Positions 22,401-35,775 of a stretch of 64,000 nt of DNA are shown here, piece by piece (position 1 is the stretch's first letter; each line of letters begins with the position of its first letter). Under the pieces are notes generated by a model. That model saw only the letters and a program-made list of their open reading frames with translations, did not search any database and was not told the origin of the DNA. Source of the stretch: Sphaerodactylus townsendi (Eukaryota); NCBI RefSeq assembly GCF_021028975.2, contig NC_059438.1, forward strand, positions 26,412,001 to 26,476,000. The letters are read 5' to 3'. Made by a program: the position numbers and the translations under genes.

Positions 22401-25400
22401 GAAGTTATATAAGCTGCACAGTCATACCCATTCCCACGTGAACTTTCTCGTGTTCCGCATTCAGGTTTATTTTTTTTAAATGTACTCAATTGTTGTTCTC
22501 TTTAAATGTTTTATAGCAATCTAAAGACTCTGGTTTCAAATTGTTCATAGGTTCCAGTTAGAGCCGCAATGGAATTTTTTTTTCAGTTTTTCATCAGACT
22601 ATCAAAATTAGACTGAGCATTTAGACTAGTTTTTTTTTTGTTGTTGAACAGGTTTGCAAAATGATATGAAGAATCAGCACTATTCATCATGACAGTCCTG
22701 AACACAGAAATCCCATTTTCAGGGGGCAGTAGAAAAAACAATGAAAAGAGAAAAGGGTTTTAGATTATATACGGTATAGATACTTTCAGTCAGGTCCAAA
22801 ACATGGGTCCATAGGGCAGAACTAAGATCTGACAACAACCTGTCCAAAACTCCACTATATTTGCAGTCCTGAAAACGAGGAACATCCTTCTAAAACCACT
22901 GCCTTAAGCCCGTTTACACGTTGCAGTGAATGCACATACAGTCTGTGTACAGTGTACACTTGATTGTTCTTTATGTGTGTGTTGAGTCGTTCTCATGTTA
23001 CATGCGACACATGTAATTGGAGCCCCACATTTGTCCAGGTCATACTTGTAAAGTGAACACACATTGGTTTTTTCTTACGAGCAGATGTATGCACGTCCGT
23101 GCCAGTTGTACATGTGAAGACGGGAGTGGACTTAGAAGGCTGTAACTTTGCTTAGATTACTCAGACCCAGACTGATGTTAAAATTGATTTTTAGGCAAGC
23201 ACAGTATTGGATGAAATTGTTCAGACTCATTACTCAAGTCCCTCTGGAACATGAGTATGTGTTTCCCCAAGATGCACAAATCCTAAGAACACTAAATCTA
23301 GAGGGACTTTGTTTTTGAACAAACATAGGATTGCACTGTTGGATACGTGGACATCTGGAACCAAACTCTACATGACCATTGTCAAAAGATCTGTTTTTCT
23401 GTTTACCTGCACTGGGATACTGTTGCTGATTATGGTACCCAGCATGATTAATAGGCACACTGATAATTGTTACAAGATTCATCCCATAGACATGCATACA
23501 CATGTGGATGAAAAACCCATATAAATTGGCTGAAAGCCTTCCTAGTTTTCTCAGAAGGCCATATTAAAAGGTTTGAGGCTTCTTCAACTTCTCCCCCACC
23601 CCCCTTCAGTTTGAGGTTCCCAATCGTTTCTAAGATTTCCATAAATGAGTTTCAGGACTTATTCCGCAGTCTGACAAGGTGGCACCATAAGAGGTTCCAG
23701 GCTGCGCCAAAGCGGATGGAAACTTTGAGCCATAACATCACAAAACAGCAGTGAAACAGGCAGGACATGTGGAAGCAATTACTTCCCAGGGAGAAATCGG
23801 CTTCCTTAAAGGAAAACGTATGTGAGGCCATGTTCTCCTCAGAACTTTCCAAGCTTCTAAATTGAGGCTTTGACGATTTAGTACTTTTAAAAAATATACG
23901 CGCTTATCTTAGGACAGCAATATGTCAGCCGTTTCAATTCTTTTACTTCCCTTCTCAAATTGTGTGAAGCAAAACACAAGGGAAAGGGTTCTTACCAAAC
24001 TGGTACTCAGTCACTGTATGTCTCTAGTTGGACAGCAAACCAGTAGGGTTTGACTAATTGAGCGGATTGATGAGAGGTTGTGGTTTAATGGAAGACTACC
24101 TGAGGTCACGGGTTCAACTCTCAGCAACTCCAGTTAAAAGAATATGGTAGTGGGTGATATCAAAAACCTCTGAGAGAGACCGTGCAGAGCCGCTGAGTAG
24201 ACAGGATTTTGATGGGCCAAGGGTTTGATTCAGTAAGGGGCAGTTTTATGTGATTTTATTTATTTTTTTGGCTGAGCAATCCAACCCAAGTAACCGAAAA
24301 TATTGTTCATTTCCTGGGCATTTCTGTGTGACTCAAATGGTTTCTGTTGCTAGCAGCATTTTCAGGAGTACCCATGACATCTTATGTGATGCAGGAGGTG
24401 TGGTGTTGGATCCTATGCAGCAATAGGCAAAGGATGCTGGGATGCATCTCTCTCCTCATTCAGAGCAATACTACCACTCTCGACCATCGTGTTCTTTTAA
24501 GGCAAGGAAAATAAGAAAGAGAAGGGGGATTATTTGGAGGGTGAGACTTCTTGGACAAATCGCTTCGGCCAAAAATGCCGAGAAGTTATTTGTTGTATAA
24601 ACAGCGTCCAAGTTTGTTGACAGCTTTAAAACACAAAAAAGCGAGTGCTGGCACAACAGACCATGAAAAGCTATTACTCTATCTTTGTGGGCTATTCTGT
24701 TAATATTTCAACACGACATGTTTTTTGATCATTGCTTAAGACTACACCACAATATGAAGCAAGAGTCATGTTTGATAAATTATTTGTCACTCAAATGTGT
24801 TATTCCCCGTGAACGTTTTATTTCTTTGCAAAACATGTACAAATAAGGAATTACGTTTTGCACAAACTGAGTTATTCCCAATTATGTAAAGAAATCATCC
24901 AAACGATTAATAAACAGAAGGTCTTTATAAATGCCTTGTCCAAATGAGCCGTACGTTTCAAACAGAATTTTGTATCGCCTGGTCTCATTAACGCACTTGG
25001 ATAGCAAGCTGAAGTTTCTTTTCCTTTAACTTTGTTGTTGTCGGTATCTCTTTGTTTCCAGTCATAACAAAAATCAAAGCAAAATTTCTACTTACCCCAC
25101 AGCTGTTAAAGCAATCATCGGCAACATGGTGCCCATAGCCACCCCGGTGCCTGTCGGTGTTTTTCTAGGTGCCCCATTTCTTCATTGACTCTCCTACACC
25201 TCATTAGAGCAGGGGATACTTCTTAAGAGCCCAGAAGGCCTCACCTTTGAGAAACAACAGCCTCCTATGCACCCATTCAGAAAAGGCTACCTCAGCTGGA
25301 GGAGGATGCTCGGCTTGGAACTTGCTTTTTCTGCACAGAACATTTAAAATGTTTTGCAGACGTTTTGAAAAGAACCATTTTTGTGGGGGAGGGGGTTGGA

Positions 25401-28400
25401 CACATTTGCTTAATTGGGAGCCAATAATAAGTTTATAAGTGCACGCAATGACAGAAATAGCATGCAGCCAGACGACAAAACATCCATAGGACACTTCAGC
25501 GAATGGTGGACAGAATAGAGAACCACTAAAGCGGCAGAAAATAGTGGGCCACAAACAGCAGAGGAACAGAAGTAAGAGTTTCAAAACTGGGTGGGAGAAA
25601 TAAAATGTGGCCTGATCCTCGCAAAGCAAGCAGAAAATTTGAAACTGTTTTTGGGAGGAAAGATTGCTAACTAAACAGATTCTAAATAAAATGTTTTCAA
25701 AATGTTGGGGGGGGGGAGCCATGCAGAAGTCTTCCTCAGAACACTTCTATTCCTGTCCTCAAGATGTTTTATTTATGTTGAATGGAAATGGCCACTGTCC
25801 AACATTTTTTGAATCTCCCAGTGTTTTTTGTGATTGGCTCCAACCCTTGGGGCAGCCATTTTGGGGTGAGTCCCCTGCACCAGCCATTTTGTGATGTGCA
25901 CAGTACCTGTTCTCACTATTCCAAATGTGCCCCTGAACAAGATTTGACATCAAATTATGTATTTATTTTAAACATTTTATCTCCCTTCCCATCCAATTAG
26001 AGACATAAACCAAGAAGGAGGATCAGTTAAGGAACAGGCATGTTTTAACACACATGTAACTAGAATGATTTTATTTCATGCTATTTATAGTTCACCTTTC
26101 TCACTGTGACTCAAGGTGGATTACCTGGTGTAAGTCAAATATAGCCAACAGGTTGGCGTAGCTAATAAACAGTGCAATAGGGTTTGGACTACAGGAATCT
26201 GAAGGCAAGATAAGAAACTGAAAACAAAGCATAACTGTTTAAACATTACATTCAATCATGCAAAAAATACATAATCCATCTGTATTATGGTCATAGACCA
26301 ACATAAGGTACATAAAATATAACTAAAAGGATGAAACGTTTTAAAAATTGAAAATATATATCTAATAAAATCTGAAAATAAGAAATAGGAAACACAAGAT
26401 AAGTATGGAAACATACAACAGTAGGATAACAGCATAGATATTAAAAGGAAACAAAATCCTTAAAAAAACTATTAGGGGGGGGGGATAGGCATGGGGGAAA
26501 ATTACACAGTAGGAAGCACACGGCCAACAACAGTATCCTTCTCTGTCAGGAACGCTGATATGTTCATCATGTTTTATTCATTCATTTATTTACTTTATTT
26601 GTTTATTCATGACCTTTCTGCTCAGTGGGGGCTCATAACAGCTTCCATTGGTCCCCTTTCTTCCATTTTATCATTACGACCACCCTGTGAGGGAGGCGAT
26701 GCCTCAAGGGTGCCATTGGCCTGCAGTTATCTGGCAAGCTTCCATGTTGTGGGGTTGACAGCTGCTTCTCCCTCCTCAATATGGCCTCATGGCACACCTC
26801 ACCCCTGCCACTTTGCAGTCTAATTTCAACACTTCCCTGAGTTTGAAGAGCACTTTCCTAAGCAGGGGGCTTCTTGAAGGCATGCGGCTAGGCTCAGCTG
26901 GAAACAGGATATGGTCCTGATTCAGTAGGCCTCTCACATTCTTAGGCTGATTATGCATTGCTGCTCTCCTGCGCAGCAAGGGAACGTTTCCTTTGTGGCA
27001 GAGATTTCTGAACAGAGGCACTTACCCTCACAGCACCAAAGATCCCAGAAGCCCTGTGGTTAGCAAGGGTGGGGGAAACCCTGATGTTCTCCCTTGCTTT
27101 GGGGTTTCTGCTCCTTCTAGCATTCCTTCCCCAACACCTTGCTCTCTGCTCTGTGAAGGAGGGACAGAGAGAAAACTCAGAGAATAGAGTAGAATAGAAT
27201 AGAATACTTTATTTACAATCAATGACCAAATATAGAGAAACAGAGGGAGAAGGGGAGGCGGCGGCGGCAGCAGCAGGCGGCAGCAGCAACTGGCAGCGAT
27301 TAGGGGAAAGCTGTAAGAGAATGAAGAGAAGCGTCCTACGGGCCATGCAAGCAGCCCGCCAGTGCTCCACCAAAGTTAGTCCACCACCTCTCTGAGACGA
27401 CAGCTGGATCTGCTGCTTTTGTTTAAAAAACCCAGCAATATTGATATAAAGAAACCAGGCATTGGTTGCCAACTCCAATTGGAAAGCTGCAGACAGTCAG
27501 AATGGTAAGGCTGACCTTGATAGACAAGGGTCTGACAAGTGTGTGTGCGTAAAGTGCCACCAAGTCACAAGTCACACATCCCTGCTTAGCTTCTGAGAAA
27601 AAAAACAACAACAATGGTGACTCACGAACAGCAGCTATATGACAGAAGGCCTCACTCTGGCTATGGCAGAGATTGAGGTGATTTGCCATTGCCTTCCTCT
27701 GAATAGCAGCCCTAGACTTCCTTGGTGGTCTCCCATCCAAGTAGCAACCAGGGCCAACCCTGCTTAGTTTCTGAGATCAGATGAGATCAAGTCAGCCTGG
27801 GCCATCCAAACCAGGGCAGGGTCTGACTTATGGCAGCTTAAATAAGAGGCTCCGGCTCAATAGCAGAGCATTTGTTTTTCATGCTGAAGGTCCCACAATC
27901 CTTAGTACTTCCAGCTAAAAAGAGCAGGTAGGTGGTGATGGCAAAGACCTTTATCCAAGACCTTGGACAGCAGCTATCAGTCTGAGTAGACAATGCTGAC
28001 CTTGATGGACCAGTTGTCTGATTCAGTATAAAGCAGCTTCATCTGCACAAGCATTCATATCAAAAGGACCATCTCCTCTCATAGGTCCACAGGTGCCTCA
28101 GGTACAGTCCTCAAGCTGCCACTGATTGGCTGTTCCCCATCCTCCACCACCTGTAATGTTCCACTGTGGATCCCAGCCTATGGAAATGGTTCCTTGAGGA
28201 AATGGGGTTGGGACATCATCTGGGAAAAGCGTTAGGAAGTTCTGAAAGTCCCAAGTGCAAGGGCTATAAATGGGGTTGTCAACCCCACAACCCCTTAAGC
28301 ACTTGGGGAGTGGGGGATTGTTAAGAGGTTGTATATTGTGCACTGACCTGGATGGCCCAGGCAAGCTTGGTCTCATCAGTTCTTAAAAAGTAAGCAGGGT

Positions 28401-28557
28401 CAGCCCTGGTTGGGAGACCACCAAGAAATACAGGGTCACTATGCAGAGGAAGGCAAACCACCTCTGTTGGTCTCCTGCCTTGAAAGCCCTGCTAGGTTGC
28501 CATAAGTTGGCTGCAATTCAACGCTTTCCACCACTACTAATGAGATTCCAGATTCCT

Positions 28558-28898
28558 GACAAAAAAATCTGGACAATGCAGAAATGGTTGGAATATATAT
28601 GGGAGCAAATACAACTAGAAATTTTTGACATAATGTCAAGAAACCAAATATGGCAAGAAAAACAAAAAGATATGAAGTGGATCTGGATGGAATTCAAAGA
28701 CTGGTTAAACAAAATTGGAATTACAGAAGAAAAATGGACAAGAAGATTGAAAAGAATGGACCTGCTGCTGCACATCTAAAGAAGAAAAGAAGAGGGGGGA
28801 GGGAGAAAAAAGGGGGGGGAGATATGGAGGATGAAATATAAGATGTACAATATAAATCTGTAATAATCCAAAATATCAATAAAAAAAAAATTTAAAAA
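28558..28898 (+). mobile_element. 5'-truncated L1/Tx1-clade LINE
   Basis: Trp-rich ORF2 C-terminus (WTMQKWLEYIWEQIQLE...WMEFKDWL), G-rich 3' UTR, AATAAA plus A tail; perfect 16-bp TSD gagattccagattcct (28542-28557, 28899-28914). Confidence 0.9.
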
Positions 28899-31800
28899 GA
28901 GATTCCAGATTCCTTCTTAGAAGAGGTATTCCCACCTCTCGGGAGATAATACCTCTTCTAAAATTGTGGTTGCTGTTTGCAACTTGACACATACAAACAT
29001 GAAATGGTAAGCTATTGAGCCATGGGGATAAGTGGGGCACAATTTTTTAAATTCACAAATACATTTAAATTCACAAATACATTAGTATTTTGCATCAAGC
29101 ACACATCATTGGCCACCTACAGCCCTAGATTTTAGGGGATTTTTCTCCTAGGCTAGTCCTGCTGACCCACTAAAAGGAAATCCAGTCCACCTATAAGGGT
29201 ACTCAGTTCTCTGCCTATTTAATCCTGATAGCCTCTTGCTTGTTATGGGAGGCACTTCTGAGTGTTTGTAGTTTTTATGATGATCTCAACCTTCCAGCTG
29301 GGAATACTCTGAAATCCTGATTTCATTCTGTCCCCTTTTCCTCCTTTTTAGGTCATATGGTGGCCAATAAATATCACCACAATTTATTACACATTGGGAG
29401 GGGGGATAATTAATGTGACAAACCAGCTGCTCCAACTTTGTAATGGCCTGAGCAGTTTTGTAGAACAACTGGATGCGAATCAAGGTAGGTCAGCTGAGAC
29501 CCAAACATACAGATTTCACATGCTCAGGGTTTCATCGGTCAAATGAGCACCAAGCTGTGCCATCAAAGCAAAAGTCCTTTGAGGACTGATGTCTGTTTGT
29601 GAGGTTTCTTCTTCTGTGCATGTGTGCCATCAGGTGACAGCTGAATTATGGGTATCTTATAGAATTTTCAAGGCAAGAGACATTCAGAGGTGCTTGGCCA
29701 TTGTCTGCCCCTGAGTGGGCCGAGAGAGTTCTGAGAGAACTGTGACTGGCCCGAGTTCACCCAGCAGGTTTCACGTGGAAAAGTAGGGGACGTAATTCAG
29801 TTTCCCAGATTAGAGTCCATCACTGTTAACCACTACACCAGACTGGCTCTCGTCTCATCTGGGGAGGAAAAAAAAACATAACAGTGGTGACGCGCGAACT
29901 GTAACAGCAGTTGAATGACAGAAGGCCCCACTCTGGCTATGGATGACTAGTATACACGGAAGGGAAGCAGAAAAGCAAAGCCTCAAATTCAACTGTTAAA
30001 CATGGGGCTTTTGTGCGCTTACCGCTTCCTGTGTCGCTGTGTGCTTTCCAGTGGGTTTTTCTTGCAGTTTGCAGGGGAAGCCTACAGCTGCAATGTGTCC
30101 TCCAGCCTCATGGATCCACCCTTTGGCCTGCCCCCCCCCCCCCTTCCTTGTTCTATCCCTGCTGGAAGAACTGCTGTCAGGTGGGCATGGAAAGCTGGAG
30201 GAATGAGAAAACTCAGGGAAAGCAGAAATGCATGCTGACTGTTTTTGCTTTCCCTGTGAAACGGGGGGAAAGTTGCACTTTACTAGGAAAGCCCAACAAG
30301 GGTCTGATCTAAGGCACGTGAGTTCTGAAGAGGCTAAAACCTGTGCGTTAGAGAGAATTAATCCCAAAGAGAGCAAACGCTTGCTATGATGCCAACTACG
30401 AGTGCATAAAGGACCATGCTCAACCAAGCACCACTGCAAACTATTTCTTGGTGTATGCTTTTCTTTTCCTCCAAAAGGTTCAAGTCAGAAAACATGAAGA
30501 CGCACTATCCCCCTAACTTTGTAAGGTTGGCTAGGTGGTGGAACAATTCGGCTGAGGCATAAGCATATTCACAGAACTGGCCTATCTATCAAGTCGTGTC
30601 TACTCTGACTGGCAGTGTTTCTCCAAGTTCTCAGGTACAGGTCTTCCATATCATCTGTTCCTTTTAATTTCTAGATATAACTTATATGAAACTCAGAAAG
30701 AAGGGGGAGGGGCTACACATGAAGTTAAAAAAAGAATAACTTTAAAATGATAAAGTAACTAAATAAAAACACATAAATACACAGCATCAAAATGAGGGAG
30801 GAGGCCAATAACTGTTACTGGGGGCATGCCAAATAAGACAAAGAAGTCTTCGCCCAGATAAAGAGAGACAGACAAATGTCCTTGGAGAGGGAGTTCCAAA
30901 GTTCTGGTGCCACAACTGAAAAAGCCTTTTCTCAGGTCACCAGTCTCAGATGGTGGGGCAACCGAAGCAGGACCTCTAAAAAAAGACCAGAGTGAACAGG
31001 TAGGCTTGCATGGGAGAAGGCAATCCTTCAGGTTGTAGAAAAGGTGAAAGAGGCCCACATGCCTACAACTAGAGTTGTCAACTCCGTGTTGGGGAATTCC
31101 AAGAGATTTGGAGGTGGGGAGAGCTAGAGAGGGGAGGGTTTGGAGAGGGGAGGACATCAGTGGAGTATAATGCACTGCAGTTTGCCCCTCCAAAGCAGCC
31201 ATTTTATCCATGGGAATAGATCTTTATAGTCTGGAGATGAGCTTTTATCCCAGGAGACTTCCAGGTCCCAACTGGAAATTGGCAGCTATAATAGATTACC
31301 CCTCTCCCACAAGGCACTTTGCATTCAGAAAGGTTGGTAGCTCTGTGTGGACACTCAGAGATCTATTCCTATCAATCAGAGAAACATTAAATTGGCACCA
31401 GAGGCATGCAGAATTCAACATTTAGATGCTTATTTTTTTTACAAGGTAATGGAAGTAAATCAGGGTTTTAAGCCAAGAATCACATTAAGCATTATTTACA
31501 AGAAGCTGGTTCATAGAAGATACTTGTTTACAAGATGTTTCAACATTGCTTTTACAAGGGTAGCACTCGGCACTAACTCCAGTGCCTTCAAGTTTGCAGT
31601 CACTTATTAAAAAATTATCCTAATCCTCAGGAGGTATTTCTTTTACTGTTTGGAAATCTCTATTTACAGTGCTGACAAGACTTAATCCCTCGCTTCATTT
31701 AAGTGTAACCGACACAGGTCCTAAACCACTAACTCCTAGACTATTTGAGACGTCTGTTTCACATGGTGCTTACCAGAGAAGGACTTGTGGTTTTCCTCCA

Positions 31801-32231
31801 GAAACCTAATCCTGTCTCTATTTACACTTCCACCACCCTCAGGAGCCTCACTGCCCCATTGCTGGGTGAGTTCTCAGAGAAACTGAACCAATTAATTAGG
31901 GTTTAATTAGGGTTTCTGTGTAATGGGGACCTACAGGACCTCGGTGCAGATTCCGTCACAGAAATCTGCCCTTACTGGCCCTTACTCTGAGTTGCTCAGC
32001 TCTCACAGAACTGGCCCTCAGCTTCCATAGAACAGATCTCTGTCAGAATAATCCACTCGCTCTCGGGTTCCCAACAGTTCTCTGCCCTCAGCACCAATTG
32101 CTTTCAAGAACGCCCAGCAGTTCTCTCTAGTCAATTAAGCTGTGGTCTTCATCAACCCATTAGGTTCACAACATTTTAATGTCAAAATGAGTTTAAGTTG
32201 CAGTATATATTACAGCAGCCCTACCTACAAC

Positions 32232-32248
32232 CAGGAGCCGACTCCAAG

Positions 32249-32319
<71 letters not shown>

Positions 32320-32654
32320 GCCTCATAGGTGCTTGAGCCAGCCAACCCATGCTGTGCCCCCCTGTGTTTGGCCCCTCACACACACCTCTGCACTCCCCAT
32401 GCCCCACTGACCTGGCTGGGCAAGAACGAGAGGCACAGCTATAAGGGGGTGGGGGGGAGAACTTACCGCCAGCCCTCGCCCCTTATAGCTACGCTGGGGC
32501 AGGGACTTGAGGCTGGCCCAGCAGCAGCCTCTGCCGGGATGGGTGGGGCAGGGCGGGGGAAGGGTCTGGGGGCAATTTTCTACCCTCCATGTGACCCACT
32601 AGCATGCGCCCCATGCACCAGTCCCCACCCCATCCCCTTATAGCTACGCCTCTG
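32232..32654. mobile_element. hAT-type non-autonomous element containing a (CA)n microsatellite
   Basis: Perfect 8-bp TSD cctacaac (32224-32231, 32655-32662); CAG...CTG ends. Confidence 0.8.
32253..32317. repeat. (AC)n microsatellite
   Basis: About 32 perfect dinucleotide units. Confidence 0.98.
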
Positions 32655-33931
32655 CCTACAACTACTCCAATTCAGGTCTGTCCTGCCAAGTGACCACACT
32701 GCATCTATTGCTTGCCTACAGAAGCAGTTGCCAACTCCTGTTGGTAAATTCCTGGAGATTTGTGGGTGGAGCCTGAAGCGCTCAGGGTTTGGGGAGGGAT
32801 CTCACCTGGGTATAATGCCACAGGATATCGCCTCGTAAGCAGCCATTTTCTCCAGAGGAGCTGATCTCTGTTGTGAGATCAGTTGCAATTCCAGGAGATT
32901 TCCAAGCCTCACTCGGAGTAGGCCTCGATTCTTTCCCTTTCTGTGAGCAAAGATAACTGTGGCCTGTGTGGAATGACATCCGATGCCTCCTCTGGCGTCC
33001 TGTTTCGCATTAAGCTCTGAAAGGACACCCTGATGGGTTTAGTTCAGCGATAGTGCTGTAAAGGATTACAGCACAATCTGAATTCTGATTTTGCAGTCTA
33101 GTGTGAGTTGCGGGGGGGGGGGAGAGAGAGAAGGCACTGAAAGGAACAGGGTGGGGGGGGGGGGTTGACTGCAGTTGTGGTAATAGCTTGGCTGGCTGGG
33201 TTTATGAGTCCAGAAAAAGGCTGGCTCTACCCTCCAGGCTGCAGAGACAAAAGCCAAATGCGGAGCCAGATTAAAGCAATCTAGCCGGAGGGCACCTCGC
33301 AATCCACAGCTGGTAGATGGACGGAATATAAAGAGAGAAAGAGATCTGGAATGGAAGGCATCACCCCCTGCTGAGCTGCTCCAAAACTGGCTAGAGCAAC
33401 GCAATGTTTCTGTGCAAAGCGGCCTGGTCTCCAAAGGCCAGTGGGGGCCTTTTGGCAACACAGAATTTTAGGGTGTAACCCAGTGCCGTTGAAGCTGAGT
33501 GAGCCCTGAGATTTAGGCTCTACTTTAAGAGAATTTAAAATGATATGGAAGAAGCACACAGGCTTGTTTTGCCTCTGGTCAAACCCAATATTTCAAGTTT
33601 TTGCAACAACACAAAACCCTGCCAAAGCTATATACCAGAGGCAGAAATGGGACAAGGGTACCCACTGTCAAAGTGCTTTCAGCTCTGAACAAATTACCTC
33701 CTCTGTCTTATTTGGGAAGATGAGAAGGCAAGTGGATTTTGCTATTCCGCACAGCTGCAAAGTGCACCGAAAGTGCATTATTCTGCATGTGCGGAAAGGG
33801 ATTAAGAGTGCACTGTTTAAGACCTTCATACAAGAGTGCAGGGCCATAGAAACAGGAAAAAGCATATCAGGCGGTCTACAGATGGTGGATCGGTCTATCA
33901 TGTTCAGAGACAATTTACTCCAGAACACTAA

Positions 33932-34707
33932 GTTCAATTCCCCACGGTCAATTAATCGCATGATGATACTCACGCAAAATATCAGAATTTCAGCAAGAAC
34001 TCCCCACTATTTAACTGCCAAACACAGATTCATCCCAGTTCTGGCGTGCACTCTCCCCCTCATCACACTTTTTTAGAAACCTGCATGTAAGTACACCTTT
34101 TTTAAAAACATGCGCCGAAGCCAGATCGATGGGGAGGTTCAGGGGACAGAATCTAGATTTATCTTCCCACTGTAGGAAATGACACGGAGCCTTCCAGCCA
34201 ATCAGAGTGCAGTGGGCTGTGCACGAAGCGCGTGCAGCCTTTTTTGTTGTTGTTTCACGCCAGTGGCGGCTACATTGTAAACAGAAATTAGATTTTCGTG
34301 CCAATGAAGCTGCGTGGGTAAAGAGTTTAGAAAATGTGGAAGCCGCGCATAAACGTAGCTGTGCGCGAAAAACAGCTATTGTTCCCACTCCAACACAATA
34401 GCCAATCAGAAGAAAGCTGCTCCCCACATAGGTGGGGAAATTCCATCTACGCATCTATGTAGTGATGTAGCTGTGCAAAAAAATAAATTCCCGCCCCAAC
34501 ACAACACAATAGCCAATCAGGACGGGGAAGAACAGTCGCTGAGCAGATCACATGTTCGTGCGGTGTGCTGCATTGCTTGAAACCATGATAGACATCGAGG
34601 TCACTAGAAACACGCTGCAGTGGGGAGGGAGAAACTGCGATGAAAAGGTGCTGTTTCTTTTGAAACCTGGTTGTATTCGGCTTTAATTTCTCAGTGGGGA
34701 AATGGCC
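33932..34707 (-). mobile_element. 776-bp Harbinger-like non-autonomous element, CpG/CCAAT-rich
   Basis: Imperfect termini gttcaattccccac / gtggggaaatggcc with taa/tag flanks; both ends homologous to the inverted element at 36465-36959. Confidence 0.65.
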
Positions 34708-35632
34708 TAGTGTAATCCTGATCCCCTTAAGCAAAGGGCCTCTGTTCCTATGAGTTCCTATCACCCCAGTGGGTACACAACCATCTGCAGGAAGTCACAG
34801 ACTCCAAAGTGTTACTGATAACTAATTTAAAAGTTTTATTAGAAGGCACTATTGCACCATACAGTAAAAAAGCAAATTACAAACTGGATCAGATGCATAA
34901 TACAGATATATATGAAAAAGGCATGGGTCTAAAACCATCAGAAAGATGTGGCTACAGCAAACAATTTCAGATACATAAACAGGGATTGCAGAAGTATGAA
35001 CAAATAAAGCATGAGTCTACAGGACAGTTCTGAACCAGGCCTCGCTGGGCCGCAGAGCAATCCTAAAATATAATTCAGTTAAAATACAACGTGCGGCGAC
35101 AACTCACTGCCAGCCAAGTGTTGTGCATTACATTCTTACTGAATTGCGCTCGCTCTCCCCTGCTGGGTATGGCAGGATTGCTTCCCTTCCCCTGCTTCCT
35201 GATTCCAGTCGGGGTTGAGAAGCAAGCAGGGGGAAGGGAGAGGACACAACCCTGGGTGGCTGTCCAAAAAAGAAAGGGTTCTAGCCTGAACACAACCTTC
35301 CTGTAAGGTAGGAAAGTAGCATGACAAAAAGATTTGTCAAGTTAGCAAGAGCGCTGGAGAGCTTACGTTCAAAGATTTACTTCAGGCAAGAGCAAAACAC
35401 AAAACAAACACTTAATCCAGACAACAAGAAAACAAAAGTTACCTCGTCCCATTTTAGGGCACTTGCTGAAGACGTTCTCTGGCCACAATACAATACAAAA
35501 GGGCAGACCCAACTGGCGATTCCACAGCATCAGTCTTTCAGTCTGGACTCCTTGACTATGATACACAGACTCCTCTGTCATCTCTGGCTACACAAACTCA
35601 CACCCCATAATAGCTGCTCCTTTGTTCTAAAC

Positions 35633-35775
35633 CAGGGGTAGGGAACCTGCGGCTCTCCAGATGTTCAGGAACTACAATTCCCATCAGCCCCTACCAGCAT
35701 GGTGGCCATGCTGGTAGGGGCTGATGGGAATTGTAGTTCCTGAACATCTGGAGAGCCGCAGGTTCCCTACCCCTG
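35633..35775. mobile_element. Palindromic hAT (Charlie-like) MITE, 143 bp, young
   Basis: Essentially perfect hairpin CAGGGGTAGGGAACCTG...CAGGTTCCCTACCCCTG; perfect 8-bp TSD ttctaaac. Confidence 0.95.

Noticed and set aside
31345-32214. Possible solo LTRs here and at about 15997-16665 and 34711-36000
   Set aside because: LTR-like composition, but I could not identify matching termini with a TSD, so they are not called.
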